From NCBI GenBank assembly GCA_945992055.1, contig CAMFVG010000031.1:11057-75056 (forward strand): DNA of 64,000 bases, in the 5' to 3' direction. The stretch is from an uncultured Clostridia bacterium. Its GTDB lineage: Bacteria > Bacillota > Clostridia > Lachnospirales > Lachnospiraceae. The translations under genes and the position numbers were made by a program. Positions 33,379 to 43,779 of this stretch are shown here, piece by piece (the first letter of the stretch is position 1; each line of letters begins with the position of its first letter). The notes under the pieces are model-generated. The model searched no databases, was not told where the DNA came from, and saw nothing but the letters and a program-made list of their open reading frames with translations.

Positions 33379-34401
33379 ATGAGAATGGCAATTTTAGTAA
33401 CAGGTGGTGCTGGTTATATCGGAAGCCACACATGTATTGAACTTATTAATGCAGGTTATGAAGTAGTAGTTTTAGATAACTTGTGTAATTCTAGCAAAGA
33501 ATCTTTGAACCGTGTAGAAAAGATTGTTGGAAAAGAAATCAAATTTTATGAAGCAGATATCCGTGATGCAAAGGCTTTGGAGGCTATTTTTGCAAAGGAA
33601 GACATTTCTGCAGTTATTCATTTCGCAGGATTGAAAGCGGTTGGAGAATCTGTTGCAAAACCATTGGAATACTATGATAACAATATTGCAGGAACAGTAA
33701 ATCTTTGTAATGAAATGCGCAAAGCAGGAGTGAAGAATATTATTTTCAGTTCTTCTGCTACCGTTTATGGAGACCCTGCTTTTGTTCCGATTACAGAAGA
33801 ATGTCCAAAAGGGCAGTGTACAAACCCATATGGATGGAGTAAATCAATGCTGGAACAGGTTTTGACAGACTTACATACATCTGACCCAGAGTGGAATGTG
33901 GTATTACTTCGTTACTTTAACCCGGTAGGTGCGCATAAGAGTGGAACAATTGGAGAAAATCCAAAAGGAATTCCAAATAACTTGATGCCATATATTACAC
34001 AGGTGGCTGTAGGAAAATTGGAGTGCTTGGGTGTGTTCGGAAATGATTATGATACCCATGACGGCACAGGCGTACGTGATTACATCCATGTAGTAGATTT
34101 GGCAAATGGACACGTAAAGGCACTCAAAAAGATTGAAGAAGGTGCAGGTGTATGCATCTACAACTTGGGCACAGGCAATGGATATTCTGTACTTGACATG
34201 GTAAAAGCCTTTGGCAAAGCATGTGGAAAAGAAATCAAATACGTGATTAAGGATAGAAGACCGGGTGATATTGCGACTTGCTATGCAGACCCGGCAAAAG
34301 CGAAAGCAGAGCTTGGATGGGAAGCAGTTCGTGGGTTAGAAGAGATGTGTGAGGACTCATGGAGATGGCAGTCAAATAATCCAAATGGATATGAGGCGTA
34401 A
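33379..34401 (+). CDS. galE: UDP-glucose 4-epimerase
   Basis: [25 protein letters not shown] (YxxxK), RYFNP, RDYIHV. Confidence 0.96.
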   Translation: MRMAILVTGGAGYIGSHTCIELINAGYEVVVLDNLCNSSKESLNRVEKIVGKEIKFYEADIRDAKALEAIFAKEDISAVIHFAGLKAVGESVAKPLEYYDNNIAGTVNLCNEMRKAGVKNIIFSSSATVYGDPAFVPITEECPKGQCTNPYGWSKSMLEQVLTDLHTSDPEWNVVLLRYFNPVGAHKSGTIGENPKGIPNNLMPYITQVAVGKLECLGVFGNDYDTHDGTGVRDYIHVVDLANGHVKALKKIEEGAGVCIYNLGTGNGYSVLDMVKAFGKACGKEIKYVIKDRRPGDIATCYADPAKAKAELGWEAVRGLEEMCEDSWRWQSNNPNGYEA

Positions 34402-34402
34402 C

Positions 34403-36430
34403 GTGAAAAAGAATTTCAAATTATTAAAACAATGGCCGGTTATCATAATGCTAATCTGGATATTTATGACCCTGATCAGCTTTTGTGTGGATAAAACCGC
34501 CGGCATTGTTGTGAGTGTGTTTTTAATTGCATATGTAGTGGGGCTTCTATGGATATATTTCCGAAATAGGGCGCTCGGGTTTCCAAATTGGGAAACCATG
34601 GAAGAACGGCTTGGTTTTTTACACAACGCATTGCTGACGGAACTCAATGTTCCATATGCAGTCATGCTTGATGACGGGAAAATTATTTGGGCAAATAATG
34701 AATTTACCACTGTCTTTGAAGAAAAATCCATGACAAACCGTTATTTAAGCAATTATGTTCAGGCATTAAATCGCAGTGTTTTCCCAAAAGGGGAAGGCCG
34801 GGTTCAAGTGGATATACGCTACGGAAGCAGAGATTATATTGCATATTTAACAAAGGTAGATGTGGAAAAATTTGATGAAACCGAAGAGATTTGGGGACTT
34901 CCAAAAGGGAAAGATTATTTTGTGACCGTCACATTAGAAGATGTTACAGAATTAAAGTATTATATTCGGGAAAACGAAGAACAGAAATTGGTTTCCGGAT
35001 TAATTTACTTTGATAATTTTGAAGAGGTGATGGAAAGCGTAGAAGAGGTGCGCCAATCTCTTTTGATTGCTTTGATTGACCGAAAGGTGAATCAGTACTT
35101 GGCACCATTTGATGGCCTTGTGAAGAAGATGGAGAAGGATAAATACTTCTTTGTTGTCAAAAAGCAATACTTTAAGGAAATGGTAAAAGGTAAATTTTCT
35201 GTTTTGGAAGAAGCGAAGAGTGTAAATATTGGGAATACCATGCCTGTTACCTTGAGTATGGGAATAGGCCTTTCTACTGATACCTACACTCAAAGTTATA
35301 ATCATGCCAGAGTTGCAATCGATCTTGCTCTTGCAAGGGGCGGTGACCAGGCAGTTGTGAAAAATGGAAACAATATTACCTATTATGGTGGAAAAAGAGA
35401 ACAGACGTCAAAAAATACGAGGGTAAAAGCGCGTGTTAAAGCGGAAGCTCTTCGTGAATTCATTATGTCGAAAGATCAGATTATTGTTATGGGACATAGT
35501 ATTGCGGACGTGGACTCTTTTGGTGCGGCAGTCGGTATTTATCGTGCAGCATGTGTGATGGAGAAGAAGGCACATATTGTAATCGATGAAATTACAACAT
35601 CTGTCCGCCCGTTTTATGATGATTTTTGCACAAGTCCACAGTATCCGAACGATATGTTTATTAAGTCTACGGATATTCATGATATTATGAATGATAATAC
35701 GATGGTGGTTGTAGTGGATACCAATCGTCCGGAAATGACAGAGTGTCCGGAACTACTTAAGATGGCGAAAATGATTGTTGTGTTTGACCATCACAGACAG
35801 ACAAATGATACAATCGAAAATACCGTATTATCCTATATTGAGCCGTATGCATCTTCGGCGTGTGAAATGGTAGCGGAAGTACTGCAGTATATTGCAGATG
35901 ATGTACGTATCACAAGTATAGAAGCCAATAGTATGTATGCGGGTATTATGATTGATACCAATAACTTTATGAATCATACCGGAGTCAGAACCTTTGAAGC
36001 GGCGGCATTTTTGAAACGCTGTGGTGCAGATATTACACATGTAAGAAAAGTGTTCCGCGATGATTTGAATTGGTATCGCGTAAAATCACAGATTGTATGT
36101 GGGGCAGAAGTGTATCATGACGAATATGCAATAGCTGGCTTTTCAAATGATTCTGTTGAAAGCCCAACAATTGTAGGAGCCCAAGCAGCAAATGAGCTTT
36201 TGAACATTAAAGGAATCAAGGCATCCTTTGTTTTGACAGAGTATTATGGCAAGATTTATGTCAGTGCAAGGGCCATTGATGAAGTGAATGTTCAGGTGAT
36301 TATGGAACGGCTTGGCGGCGGCGGTCATATCAGTACAGCAGGAACACAGTTCGAGCATACCGATATGGATGAAGCGATAAAGGCATTAAAGGAAATCATT
36401 GACACGATGATTGAAGAAGGAGATATTTAA
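34403..36430 (+). CDS. gdpP: Cyclic-di-AMP phosphodiesterase GdpP (2TM-PAS-degenerate GGDEF-DHH/DHHA1)
   Basis: RGGDQAVV, MGH..D.D, DHH and GGGGH motifs; directly before rplI; GTG start at 34403. Confidence 0.9.
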   Translation: MKKNFKLLKQWPVIIMLIWIFMTLISFCVDKTAGIVVSVFLIAYVVGLLWIYFRNRALGFPNWETMEERLGFLHNALLTELNVPYAVMLDDGKIIWANNEFTTVFEEKSMTNRYLSNYVQALNRSVFPKGEGRVQVDIRYGSRDYIAYLTKVDVEKFDETEEIWGLPKGKDYFVTVTLEDVTELKYYIRENEEQKLVSGLIYFDNFEEVMESVEEVRQSLLIALIDRKVNQYLAPFDGLVKKMEKDKYFFVVKKQYFKEMVKGKFSVLEEAKSVNIGNTMPVTLSMGIGLSTDTYTQSYNHARVAIDLALARGGDQAVVKNGNNITYYGGKREQTSKNTRVKARVKAEALREFIMSKDQIIVMGHSIADVDSFGAAVGIYRAACVMEKKAHIVIDEITTSVRPFYDDFCTSPQYPNDMFIKSTDIHDIMNDNTMVVVVDTNRPEMTECPELLKMAKMIVVFDHHRQTNDTIENTVLSYIEPYASSACEMVAEVLQYIADDVRITSIEANSMYAGIMIDTNNFMNHTGVRTFEAAAFLKRCGADITHVRKVFRDDLNWYRVKSQIVCGAEVYHDEYAIAGFSNDSVESPTIVGAQAANELLNIKGIKASFVLTEYYGKIYVSARAIDEVNVQVIMERLGGGGHISTAGTQFEHTDMDEAIKALKEIIDTMIEEGDI

Positions 36431-36431
36431 T

Positions 36432-36878
36432 ATGCAAGTAATTTTACTGCAAGATGTAAAGGCCCTTGGTAAAAAAGGCGAAATTGTAAATGTAAACGAT
36501 GGATATGCAAGAAACTTTATTTTGCCTAAAAAACTTGGAGTCGAGGCTAATGGAAAGAATCTGAATGATTTAAAGTTACAAAAAGCAAATGAGCAAAAAG
36601 TTGCACAACAGATGCTTGATGAGGCCAAAGCGCTTGGTGAAAAAATAGAGGCAGGCAAGGTTGAAATTAAGATTAAAGTGGGAGAGGGCGGAAGAGCCTT
36701 CGGAGCAGTTTCAACGAAAGAGATTTCTGCTGCGGTGAAAGAGCAGATGGGCTATGACGTTGACAAGAAGAAGATTCAATTAAAGGATGCGATCAAGACG
36801 TTAGGCACACATGACGTGGCCGTGAAATTACATCCAAAGGTTACGGCATCTTTGAAAGTAATCGTAACAGAACAATAG
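36432..36878 (+). CDS. rplI: 50S ribosomal protein L9
   Basis: MQVILLQDVKALGKKGEIVNVNDGYARNF. Confidence 0.97.
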   Translation: MQVILLQDVKALGKKGEIVNVNDGYARNFILPKKLGVEANGKNLNDLKLQKANEQKVAQQMLDEAKALGEKIEAGKVEIKIKVGEGGRAFGAVSTKEISAAVKEQMGYDVDKKKIQLKDAIKTLGTHDVAVKLHPKVTASLKVIVTEQ

Positions 36879-36890
36879 GAGGCATGTGCT

Positions 36891-38234
36891 ATGGACGAAG
36901 CACTCATTAAACGAGTACTGCCACATAGTATGGAAGCAGAACAAGCGGTAGTCGGCGCGATGATGATGGACAATGATGCAATTATGACAGCTGCAGAAAT
37001 TGTCAGAGGAGAGGATTTTTATCAATCTGCATACGGAGTGATGTTTGATTCCATTGTAGAGATTTACAATGAAGGAAAACCGGTAGATTTGATTACCTTG
37101 CAAAGTCGCTTAAAAGAAAAAGATGTGCCGGCAGAGGTGAGCAGTTTAGAATTTGTACGAGATTTGGTAACGGCCGTTCCGACTTCTGCAAATGTGAAAT
37201 ACTATGCACAGATTGTTGCGGAAAAGGCAACTATGCGTAATTTAGTAAAATTGAATGAAGAGATTGCGAACATGTGTTATCTAGGCAAAGAGTCGGCAGA
37301 CAATATTATGGCGATTACAGAAAAGAAGATGTTTAAACTTCTTCAGGGTAGAAGCAGTGATGATATTGTGCCGATTAAGCAGGTTGTATTGAATGCTTTG
37401 GATAAGATTGAAATGGCGGCAAAAAGTGGTGGACGTGTCACAGGGATTCCAACAGGATTCTATGAATTGGATTATAAAACGGCCGGACTTCAACCGTCAG
37501 ATTTGATATTGGTAGCAGCGAGACCATCTATGGGAAAAACTGCTTTTGTGCTCAATATTGCACAGCATGTGGCCTTTAAAGCGGATAAAACAGTTGCTAT
37601 TTTCAGTTTGGAAATGTCAAAGGAACAATTGGTAAATCGTTTGTTTGCATTAGAAGCACAGGTGGATGCACAATCCCTTCGAACAGGAAATTTAAAGGAA
37701 GCAGACTGGGAAAAATTGATTGAGAGCGCGGGAAAAATAGGGCGTTCAAAATTATTGATTGATGATACAGCTGGTATTTCTATTCGTGAGTTGCGCCAAA
37801 AGTGCCGTAAGTTTAAACTGGAGCATGGATTAGACCTGATTATCATCGACTATTTGCAATTGATGTCCGGTGAGACGGAAACCAGACGGGCAAGTGAGTC
37901 AAGACAAAATGAGGTTGCAGAAATTTCTAGAGCATTGAAAGGAATTGCGAGGGAATTAAATGTTCCGGTTATTGCATTGTCGCAGCTCAGCCGTGCTGTG
38001 GAGCAACGTACCGGTCACAGACCGATGCTTTCAGATTTGCGTGAATCCGGTTCTATTGAGCAGGATGCCGACGTTGTAATGTTTATTTATCGTGAAGATT
38101 ATTATGAAAAGGATACAGACAAAAAGAATATGGCGGAAATTATTATTGCTAAACAAAGAAATGGTGCCCTTGGTACAGTAGAGTTGACATGGTTACCGCA
38201 GTATACAAAGTTTGTAAATCCTCTGAAAGAGTAG
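36891..38234 (+). CDS. dnaB: Replicative DNA helicase
   Basis: ARPSMGKT, IDYLQL, LSQLSR, DLRESGSIEQDAD. Confidence 0.97.
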   Translation: MDEALIKRVLPHSMEAEQAVVGAMMMDNDAIMTAAEIVRGEDFYQSAYGVMFDSIVEIYNEGKPVDLITLQSRLKEKDVPAEVSSLEFVRDLVTAVPTSANVKYYAQIVAEKATMRNLVKLNEEIANMCYLGKESADNIMAITEKKMFKLLQGRSSDDIVPIKQVVLNALDKIEMAAKSGGRVTGIPTGFYELDYKTAGLQPSDLILVAARPSMGKTAFVLNIAQHVAFKADKTVAIFSLEMSKEQLVNRLFALEAQVDAQSLRTGNLKEADWEKLIESAGKIGRSKLLIDDTAGISIRELRQKCRKFKLEHGLDLIIIDYLQLMSGETETRRASESRQNEVAEISRALKGIARELNVPVIALSQLSRAVEQRTGHRPMLSDLRESGSIEQDADVVMFIYREDYYEKDTDKKNMAEIIIAKQRNGALGTVELTWLPQYTKFVNPLKE

Positions 38235-38238
38235 AAAC

Positions 38239-38277
38239 AGAGCCTACTACCGATCTTGGTAGCAGGCTCTTCTTTTT
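38239..38277. terminator. Terminator between convergent genes
   Basis: AGAGCCTACTACC...GGTAGCAGGCTCT followed by T-tract. Confidence 0.7.
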
Positions 38278-38776
38278 ATCCTTCAAAAATTCTTTTCAGT
38301 TGTTTGAGTGGAGTAGAACGGGCATATTCTTTCCGTTGCAATTGTTGTTGTCGAATCAAACAGTCCAGCTTTTTGTAACGTTCTTCCTCCTGCATGTCCT
38401 GTGCTTGGAACAAATATCCTACTTCTTTGATTACGGATTGCGTGATTGCTTCCTGAAGTAAGATGTTGTTTTCCAGTAGTGCGAGTTGCAATTCTGATAG
38501 TTGTTTAGACTCTTTTTCTGTCTGTTGTTCTTTGCGTTTTCTCTTTGCCAACAGCATGTCCGGAATCAATTCCTTCAATTCTTTCAGCAACATGCCCTGC
38601 GCTTTGAGTTCTTTAATACAGTGAAATAACTGTATGTCTTCTTCTGTATAGTACCGATGTCCCATTTCAGTGCGCCCGATTGTGAGTCCCAATTCTTCTT
38701 CCCAATGCCGTAACACATGGGTTTCCATATTTACTCTCTTGGCGGCTTCTGAAATCATGTAATGAACTTCTCCCAT
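38276..38776 (-). CDS. MerR-type HTH protein with coiled-coil C-terminus
   Basis: YMISEAAKRV...HVLRHWEE...GHRYYTEEDI. Confidence 0.85.
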   Translation of the reverse strand: MGEVHYMISEAAKRVNMETHVLRHWEEELGLTIGRTEMGHRYYTEEDIQLFHCIKELKAQGMLLKELKELIPDMLLAKRKRKEQQTEKESKQLSELQLALLENNILLQEAITQSVIKEVGYLFQAQDMQEEERYKKLDCLIRQQQLQRKEYARSTPLKQLKRIFEG

Positions 38777-38885
38777 ACAAAATGCCCCCTATAATTCTAT
38801 ATTTGATTTATGTGTCATATATATCATAGCATAAGGTGGACATTTTTTCTGAAAAATCAATCATCAAAGTTCGACAAGATTGAAA

Positions 38886-40043
38886 CTAATATAGTAAGTG
38901 TTTGATTTTATCGGAAGTCATATTCTTTTTGGCCACCCAACTATAGCCGGTGTTCACAAAGGATTCATTACCAAGACCCAGCGCAACTCTTGCAGCTGCA
39001 ACTACAGTTGCATATCCCATACCATAAGGATTTTGTGTAATGAGTCCGTCTAATGTTCCGTCTTCCAACAATTTTAATTGTTCCTCGCCCCCATCAAATC
39101 CAACAAATTTTAAGTCTTTTTTTTGCGTATCCTTAAGAACTTTTGCAACCAATTGTGTCGTGTCTAAATTTGTGGCGTAGATTCCTTTCAATTCAGGATG
39201 TTTTTCCAAGATATATTTTACCACGTCTTCTTGAGAAATATTTTGAGGCTCTATTGGAGTCTGCCCTTCTGTAAGTAAAGCGTTTTGTTCTTCGGCAATT
39301 GTTTGCGCAACTGTTTCTAACTGATCCATGTGGTAAATGTTGACTACGGAGATATTTGGGAAATCCGTTTCAATAGTCTCTACAAAACCATTCAATCTAG
39401 TCAAAGCAGTTGTAGAAACGGAATCTTGGACAAAGATTGCAAGTTCTCCGGACTCCTCCATTAGTTTACCTAATTTTCCAGCAGCTGTCTGGGTTGCCTT
39501 CAAATTATCGGTAGAAACATGTGCAGCAATGTGATGGTAGTCATTTCCGGAATCAAAGGTAACAATCGGAATTCCATTTTCTGAAGCAAGGTCAAACTGA
39601 ATCTTACAAGCAGTTGCATCAATTGTGGCAATTGCAATTGCAGAAGGATAACGATCCAGTTCTTGGTCCAAGATGTTTACCTGTTCATTGATATCATCAC
39701 GGGTGCTCGGTGCGCAGTAAGTTAATTTGATTTTATCTGCACCTTTGTAACCGAGCATAGCATTCATGTCTGCAACGGCCTGTTTGGCGCCGTTCTCCAC
39801 CTCTTTCCAGTAGCTATCATCAGAATGTCTTCCTATAATAGAAATGTACGAACCTGGTTCCAAGCTTAAGCCTTTTACACTGCTATAGGCATTGGGTCTT
39901 AATACATCTAGTTTATATTGAATAGAAGACTTTTCGTCTTTTGATTTATTGTTCGACAAATTGTTTTGTCCGCCGCTTGCGCATGCACTGATTGCAAGGG
40001 AGAGACAAAGAATTCCGATTACTGATTTTAATCTTTTTTTCAT
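38886..40043 (-). CDS. Sugar ABC transporter substrate-binding lipoprotein (RbsB-like)
   Basis: Lipobox ISAC; GIPIVTFDS, STDN, VGFD, QNPYGMGY motifs. Confidence 0.88.
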   Translation of the reverse strand: MKKRLKSVIGILCLSLAISACASGGQNNLSNNKSKDEKSSIQYKLDVLRPNAYSSVKGLSLEPGSYISIIGRHSDDSYWKEVENGAKQAVADMNAMLGYKGADKIKLTYCAPSTRDDINEQVNILDQELDRYPSAIAIATIDATACKIQFDLASENGIPIVTFDSGNDYHHIAAHVSTDNLKATQTAAGKLGKLMEESGELAIFVQDSVSTTALTRLNGFVETIETDFPNISVVNIYHMDQLETVAQTIAEEQNALLTEGQTPIEPQNISQEDVVKYILEKHPELKGIYATNLDTTQLVAKVLKDTQKKDLKFVGFDGGEEQLKLLEDGTLDGLITQNPYGMGYATVVAAARVALGLGNESFVNTGYSWVAKKNMTSDKIKHLLY

Positions 40044-40141
40044 AGAAATATCCTCCTGTATATATTTTGTAAGGAATATATATCACTATACACCAAAAAT
40101 GATAAAAAAGGTGAATAATTTCTTCTTTTTTAGAAAATAAT

Positions 40142-40162
40142 AATTGTATACTGTATTCAATT
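40142..40162. promoter_or_regulatory. Palindromic operator candidate between the divergent SBP and pfl genes
   Basis: AATTGTATAC-T-GTATTCAATT, dyad with one mismatch. Confidence 0.5.
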
Positions 40163-40179
40163 TTGTACAATCCAAAGTA

Positions 40180-40208
40180 TTGCACTCAAAAAGTAAGTAA
40201 GTTATAAT
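40180..40208 (+). promoter_or_regulatory. SigA promoter of pfl
   Basis: TTGCAC, 17 nt spacer, TATAAT. Confidence 0.7.
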
Positions 40209-40280
40209 GTCGTTGGATTTGATAATTCAAAAAGAATTTTTACTAAAATATAAATGAGATACAGAGCAGGAGGAAAGATT

Positions 40281-42392
40281 ATGGGAAAGAAATGGCATTC
40301 GAATTGGGAAGGTTTCAAGGAAGGTCGTTGGAACCAAACATCTGTGAATGTAAGGGATTTTATTCAGCAAAACTATACACCATATGAGGGTGATGACTCG
40401 TTCTTAGTGGGTCCTACAGAAGCTACAAAGAATCTTTGGGCACAAGTAATGGATTTATCAAAACAAGAACGTGAAGCGGGCGGTGTGTTAGATATGGACA
40501 CGAAGATCGTTTCTGGTATCACATCACATGGGCCGGGATATTTAAATAAAGATTTGGAAACAATTGTAGGTTTCCAGACAGACAAACCATTCAAACGTTC
40601 ACTTCAACCATATGGAGGTATTCGTATGGCACAGAACGCTTGCAAAGAAAACGGTTATGAAGTGGATCCGGAAGTAGTGAAAATTTTTACCGAATATAGA
40701 AAAACACACAATCAAGGTGTCTTTGATGCATATACTCCTGAGATGAGAGCGGCAAGAAAGTCTGGTATTATTACAGGGCTTCCGGATGCGTATGGACGAG
40801 GACGTATCATCGGTGATTACCGTCGTGTTGCTCTTTACGGAACAGACATGTTGATCGAAGACAAGAAACAACAACTTGCTACTTCTTTGGTAAGAATGAC
40901 AGGTGAAAATATTCGCCTTCGTGAGGAATTGGCAGAACAAATCCGTGCACTCGGTGAATTGCAAAAAATGGGTGAAATTTATGGATTTGATATTTCTAAA
41001 CCGGCTGCAAATGCACAAGAAGCTATTCAATGGACCTATTTTGGATACCTTGCAGCAGTAAAAGAGCAAAACGGTGCAGCGATGAGTCTTGGACGTACTT
41101 CTACATTCCTTGATATCTATATTAAACGTGATTTGGATAGAGGACTTATTACAGAGGAACAGGCACAAGAATATATTGACCATTTCATAATGAAATTGCG
41201 TCTTGTAAAATTCGCTCGTACACCGGAATACAATGCATTGTTCTCAGGTGACCCGACATGGGTAACAGAGTCAATCGGTGGTGTAGGTATCGATGGACGC
41301 CCACTTGTAACAAAGACATCCTTCCGTTTCTTGCACACATTAGACAACCTTGGAACAGCACCGGAACCAAACCTTACCGTGCTTTGGTCTACCAGACTTC
41401 CAAAAGCATTCAAAGAATACTGTGCGAAAATGTCAATTAAATCTTCATCTATTCAGTATGAAAACGATGATTTGATGCGTGCAACTCACGGTGATGACTA
41501 TGCTATCGCTTGCTGTGTATCTTCCATGAGAGTGGGTAAAGAAATGCAATTCTTTGGAGCGCGTGCAAACCTTGCAAAATGTTTGTTATACGCAATCAAT
41601 GGTGGCGTGGATGAAAAATCAAAAGTACAGGTTGGGCCGAAATATCGTGCAGTAGAAGGTGACTACCTTGAGTTCGACGATGTAATGGAAAAATTTGATG
41701 CGATGATGGAATGGTTGGCAGGACTTTATGTCAATACCTTGAACATCATTCACTATATGCATGACAAATATTGCTATGAAAAAATCCAAATGGCACTTCA
41801 CGACAGAGAAGTAAAACGTTACTTTGCAACAGGTATTGCAGGACTTTCTGTAGTAGCAGACTCGTTGAGTGCAATTAAATTTGCGAAGGTAAAAGCAGTT
41901 CGTGATGAAGATGGATTGGTAGTAGATTATGAAGTAGAAGGCGATTTCCCGAAATACGGAAATGACAATGATGATGTAGACGAATTGGCAGTTATGGTAG
42001 TTCGTTCATTCATGGATAAGATTCGTAAACATCACACATACCGTCATGGTGTTCCGACAATGTCTATCCTTACAATTACTTCAAACGTTGTATATGGTAA
42101 GAAGACAGGTAATACACCGGATGGTAGAAAGTTAGGAGAACCGTTAGCTCCTGGTGCGAACCCGATGCACAGACGTGATACTCACGGCGCATTAGCTTCT
42201 CTTGCATCTGTGGCAAAGATTCCGTTCAGACATGCACAGGATGGTATTTCCAATACGTTCTCGATTATCCCGGGAGCACTTGGAAAAGAAGATCAAATTT
42301 TTGCAGGTGACTTAGATCTTGACAGATTAGAAGAGTGCGGAAACCAGGCTTGTAACATTCCGAATATTATGGATAGTATTGATAACGAGTAA
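40281..42392 (+). CDS. pflB: Pyruvate formate-lyase, catalytic barrel only (lacks the glycyl-radical domain)
   Basis: [23 protein letters not shown] active-site Cys pair, GNTPDGR, DGISNTF; no RVSGY motif; RBS AGGAGG. Confidence 0.93.
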   Translation: MGKKWHSNWEGFKEGRWNQTSVNVRDFIQQNYTPYEGDDSFLVGPTEATKNLWAQVMDLSKQEREAGGVLDMDTKIVSGITSHGPGYLNKDLETIVGFQTDKPFKRSLQPYGGIRMAQNACKENGYEVDPEVVKIFTEYRKTHNQGVFDAYTPEMRAARKSGIITGLPDAYGRGRIIGDYRRVALYGTDMLIEDKKQQLATSLVRMTGENIRLREELAEQIRALGELQKMGEIYGFDISKPAANAQEAIQWTYFGYLAAVKEQNGAAMSLGRTSTFLDIYIKRDLDRGLITEEQAQEYIDHFIMKLRLVKFARTPEYNALFSGDPTWVTESIGGVGIDGRPLVTKTSFRFLHTLDNLGTAPEPNLTVLWSTRLPKAFKEYCAKMSIKSSSIQYENDDLMRATHGDDYAIACCVSSMRVGKEMQFFGARANLAKCLLYAINGGVDEKSKVQVGPKYRAVEGDYLEFDDVMEKFDAMMEWLAGLYVNTLNIIHYMHDKYCYEKIQMALHDREVKRYFATGIAGLSVVADSLSAIKFAKVKAVRDEDGLVVDYEVEGDFPKYGNDNDDVDELAVMVVRSFMDKIRKHHTYRHGVPTMSILTITSNVVYGKKTGNTPDGRKLGEPLAPGANPMHRRDTHGALASLASVAKIPFRHAQDGISNTFSIIPGALGKEDQIFAGDLDLDRLEECGNQACNIPNIMDSIDNE

Positions 42393-42405
42393 GGAGGAAT
42401 TTCAC

Positions 42406-42648
42406 ATGGCAGTAAATCAACAACAGATTGATAATTTAGTAAACATGTTAGACGGATACGTAGAAAAAGGAGGACATCACCTTAATGTAAACGTATTCAC
42501 GAGAGAAACATTATTAGATGCACAAAAGCATCCGGAGAATTACCCACAATTGACAGTGCGTGTTTCCGGTTATGCAGTAAACTTTATTAAACTTACAAAA
42601 GAGCAACAGGATGACGTAATTTCACGTACATTCCACGAAGGTATGTAA
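42406..42648 (+). CDS. grcA: Stand-alone glycyl-radical domain (GrcA-like) completing PFL
   Basis: Own [32 protein letters not shown]; 80 aa. Confidence 0.9.
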   Translation: MAVNQQQIDNLVNMLDGYVEKGGHHLNVNVFTRETLLDAQKHPENYPQLTVRVSGYAVNFIKLTKEQQDDVISRTFHEGM

Positions 42649-42661
42649 TAAAAAAGTTATG

Positions 42662-42694
42662 ACAGGAGATGGATATTTTCCATCTCCTGTTTTA
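42662..42694 (+). terminator. Terminator or attenuator hairpin between grcA and pflA
   Basis: ACAGGAGATGGA...TCCATCTCCTGT followed by Ts. Confidence 0.7.
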
Positions 42695-42716
42695 TAATAA
42701 ACATGAGGTGATTTAC

Positions 42717-43466
42717 ATGACAAAAGGGTATATCCATTCAATTGAAACCTGTGGCACGGTAGACGGTCCGGGACTTCGATATGTTATATTTCTACAAGGT
42801 TGTCCGATGCGTTGTCAATATTGTCACAATCCGGATACATGGGAAATGAATAAAGGCGATGAAATGACGGTAGAGGAAGTTTTGAAAAGTTTTTATCACA
42901 ATACTGCATTTTACAAAACCGGCGGTGTGACAGTCACCGGTGGTGAACCAATGATGCAAATGGATTTTTTGATTGAATTGTTCACGGAACTGCATGCTGG
43001 CGGATTTCATACTTGTATTGACACCTCCGGCATTGTGTTTCAACCAGATAATAAAAGGGTCATGGAACAAATAGAGAAACTTATGGATGTCACCGACCTT
43101 GTCATGTTGGATATCAAACACATTGACAATGCAAAACATCAGCAATTGACAGCTCACTCTAATAAAAACATTCTCGAATTTGCAAGGTATTTGGATAGGA
43201 AGGGAATTCCAATCTGGATTCGACATGTGGTTGTTCCGGGGATTACCCTATATAAGGAGTATCTGGAGCAATTGGGGCAATTCATGGCTACACTCACCAA
43301 TGTGAAAGCTCTGGATGTATTACCTTATCATTCGATGGGAAAAGTAAAATATGAAAGTCTAGGAATGGAGTATCCATTGGGAGATACAAGAGAGGCAACA
43401 AAACAGGAATCAGTCGGGGCCAAGAGCATTATCTTGGCAGCTTATAAAAAGGCAAAAAAGAAATAA
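42717..43466 (+). CDS. pflA: Pyruvate formate-lyase activating enzyme (radical SAM)
   Basis: GTVDGPGLR, GCPMRCQYCHNPDTW, GGEP. Confidence 0.96.
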   Translation: MTKGYIHSIETCGTVDGPGLRYVIFLQGCPMRCQYCHNPDTWEMNKGDEMTVEEVLKSFYHNTAFYKTGGVTVTGGEPMMQMDFLIELFTELHAGGFHTCIDTSGIVFQPDNKRVMEQIEKLMDVTDLVMLDIKHIDNAKHQQLTAHSNKNILEFARYLDRKGIPIWIRHVVVPGITLYKEYLEQLGQFMATLTNVKALDVLPYHSMGKVKYESLGMEYPLGDTREATKQESVGAKSIILAAYKKAKKK

Positions 43467-43475
43467 GGAAATGCA

Positions 43476-43504
43476 AAGAGGGTAATTCAGGTGAATGCCC
43501 TCTT
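43476..43504 (+). terminator. Putative terminator after pflA
   Basis: AAGAGGG..ATTC-AGGT-GAAT.CCCTCTT hairpin. Confidence 0.5.
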
Positions 43505-43734
43505 ATTGTAGTTAGCTACGGGATGTTTAACCACAAGATTTTCGGGTTGCTAATGCCGATTTTCTATGATACACTTACAATACATTTCAAACATTCGATA
43601 TCTCAAATCTTATATTTCAATGGCATATCGCCGATTAATTCAATGTTTGAATAAAAAAAGGATGAAATGAGTGATGCGTATGATTGTGCTCTGAATCAAT
43701 ATATGTTAGGGGGGTCGAAAGAAAAAGATAGTAT

Positions 43735-43763
43735 TTGACAATACAACCTATAAGTTGTAAAAT
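43735..43763 (+). promoter_or_regulatory. Toxin-antitoxin promoter with embedded palindromic operator
   Basis: TTGACA, 17 nt spacer, TAAAAT; the spacer contains the dyad TACAAC-CTATAA-GTTGTA (43742-43759). Confidence 0.75.
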
Positions 43764-43779
43764 GAAAGAAGGAAATATT

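Noticed and set aside
40044..40280. ZMP/ZTP (pfl) riboswitch upstream of pflB
   Set aside because: The leader is short and very AT-rich, with no recognisable aptamer stems.
43505..43730. Pseudogene or IS remnant upstream of the TA pair
   Set aside because: The frame I translated is stop-interrupted and unrecognisable; no terminal inverted repeats were seen.
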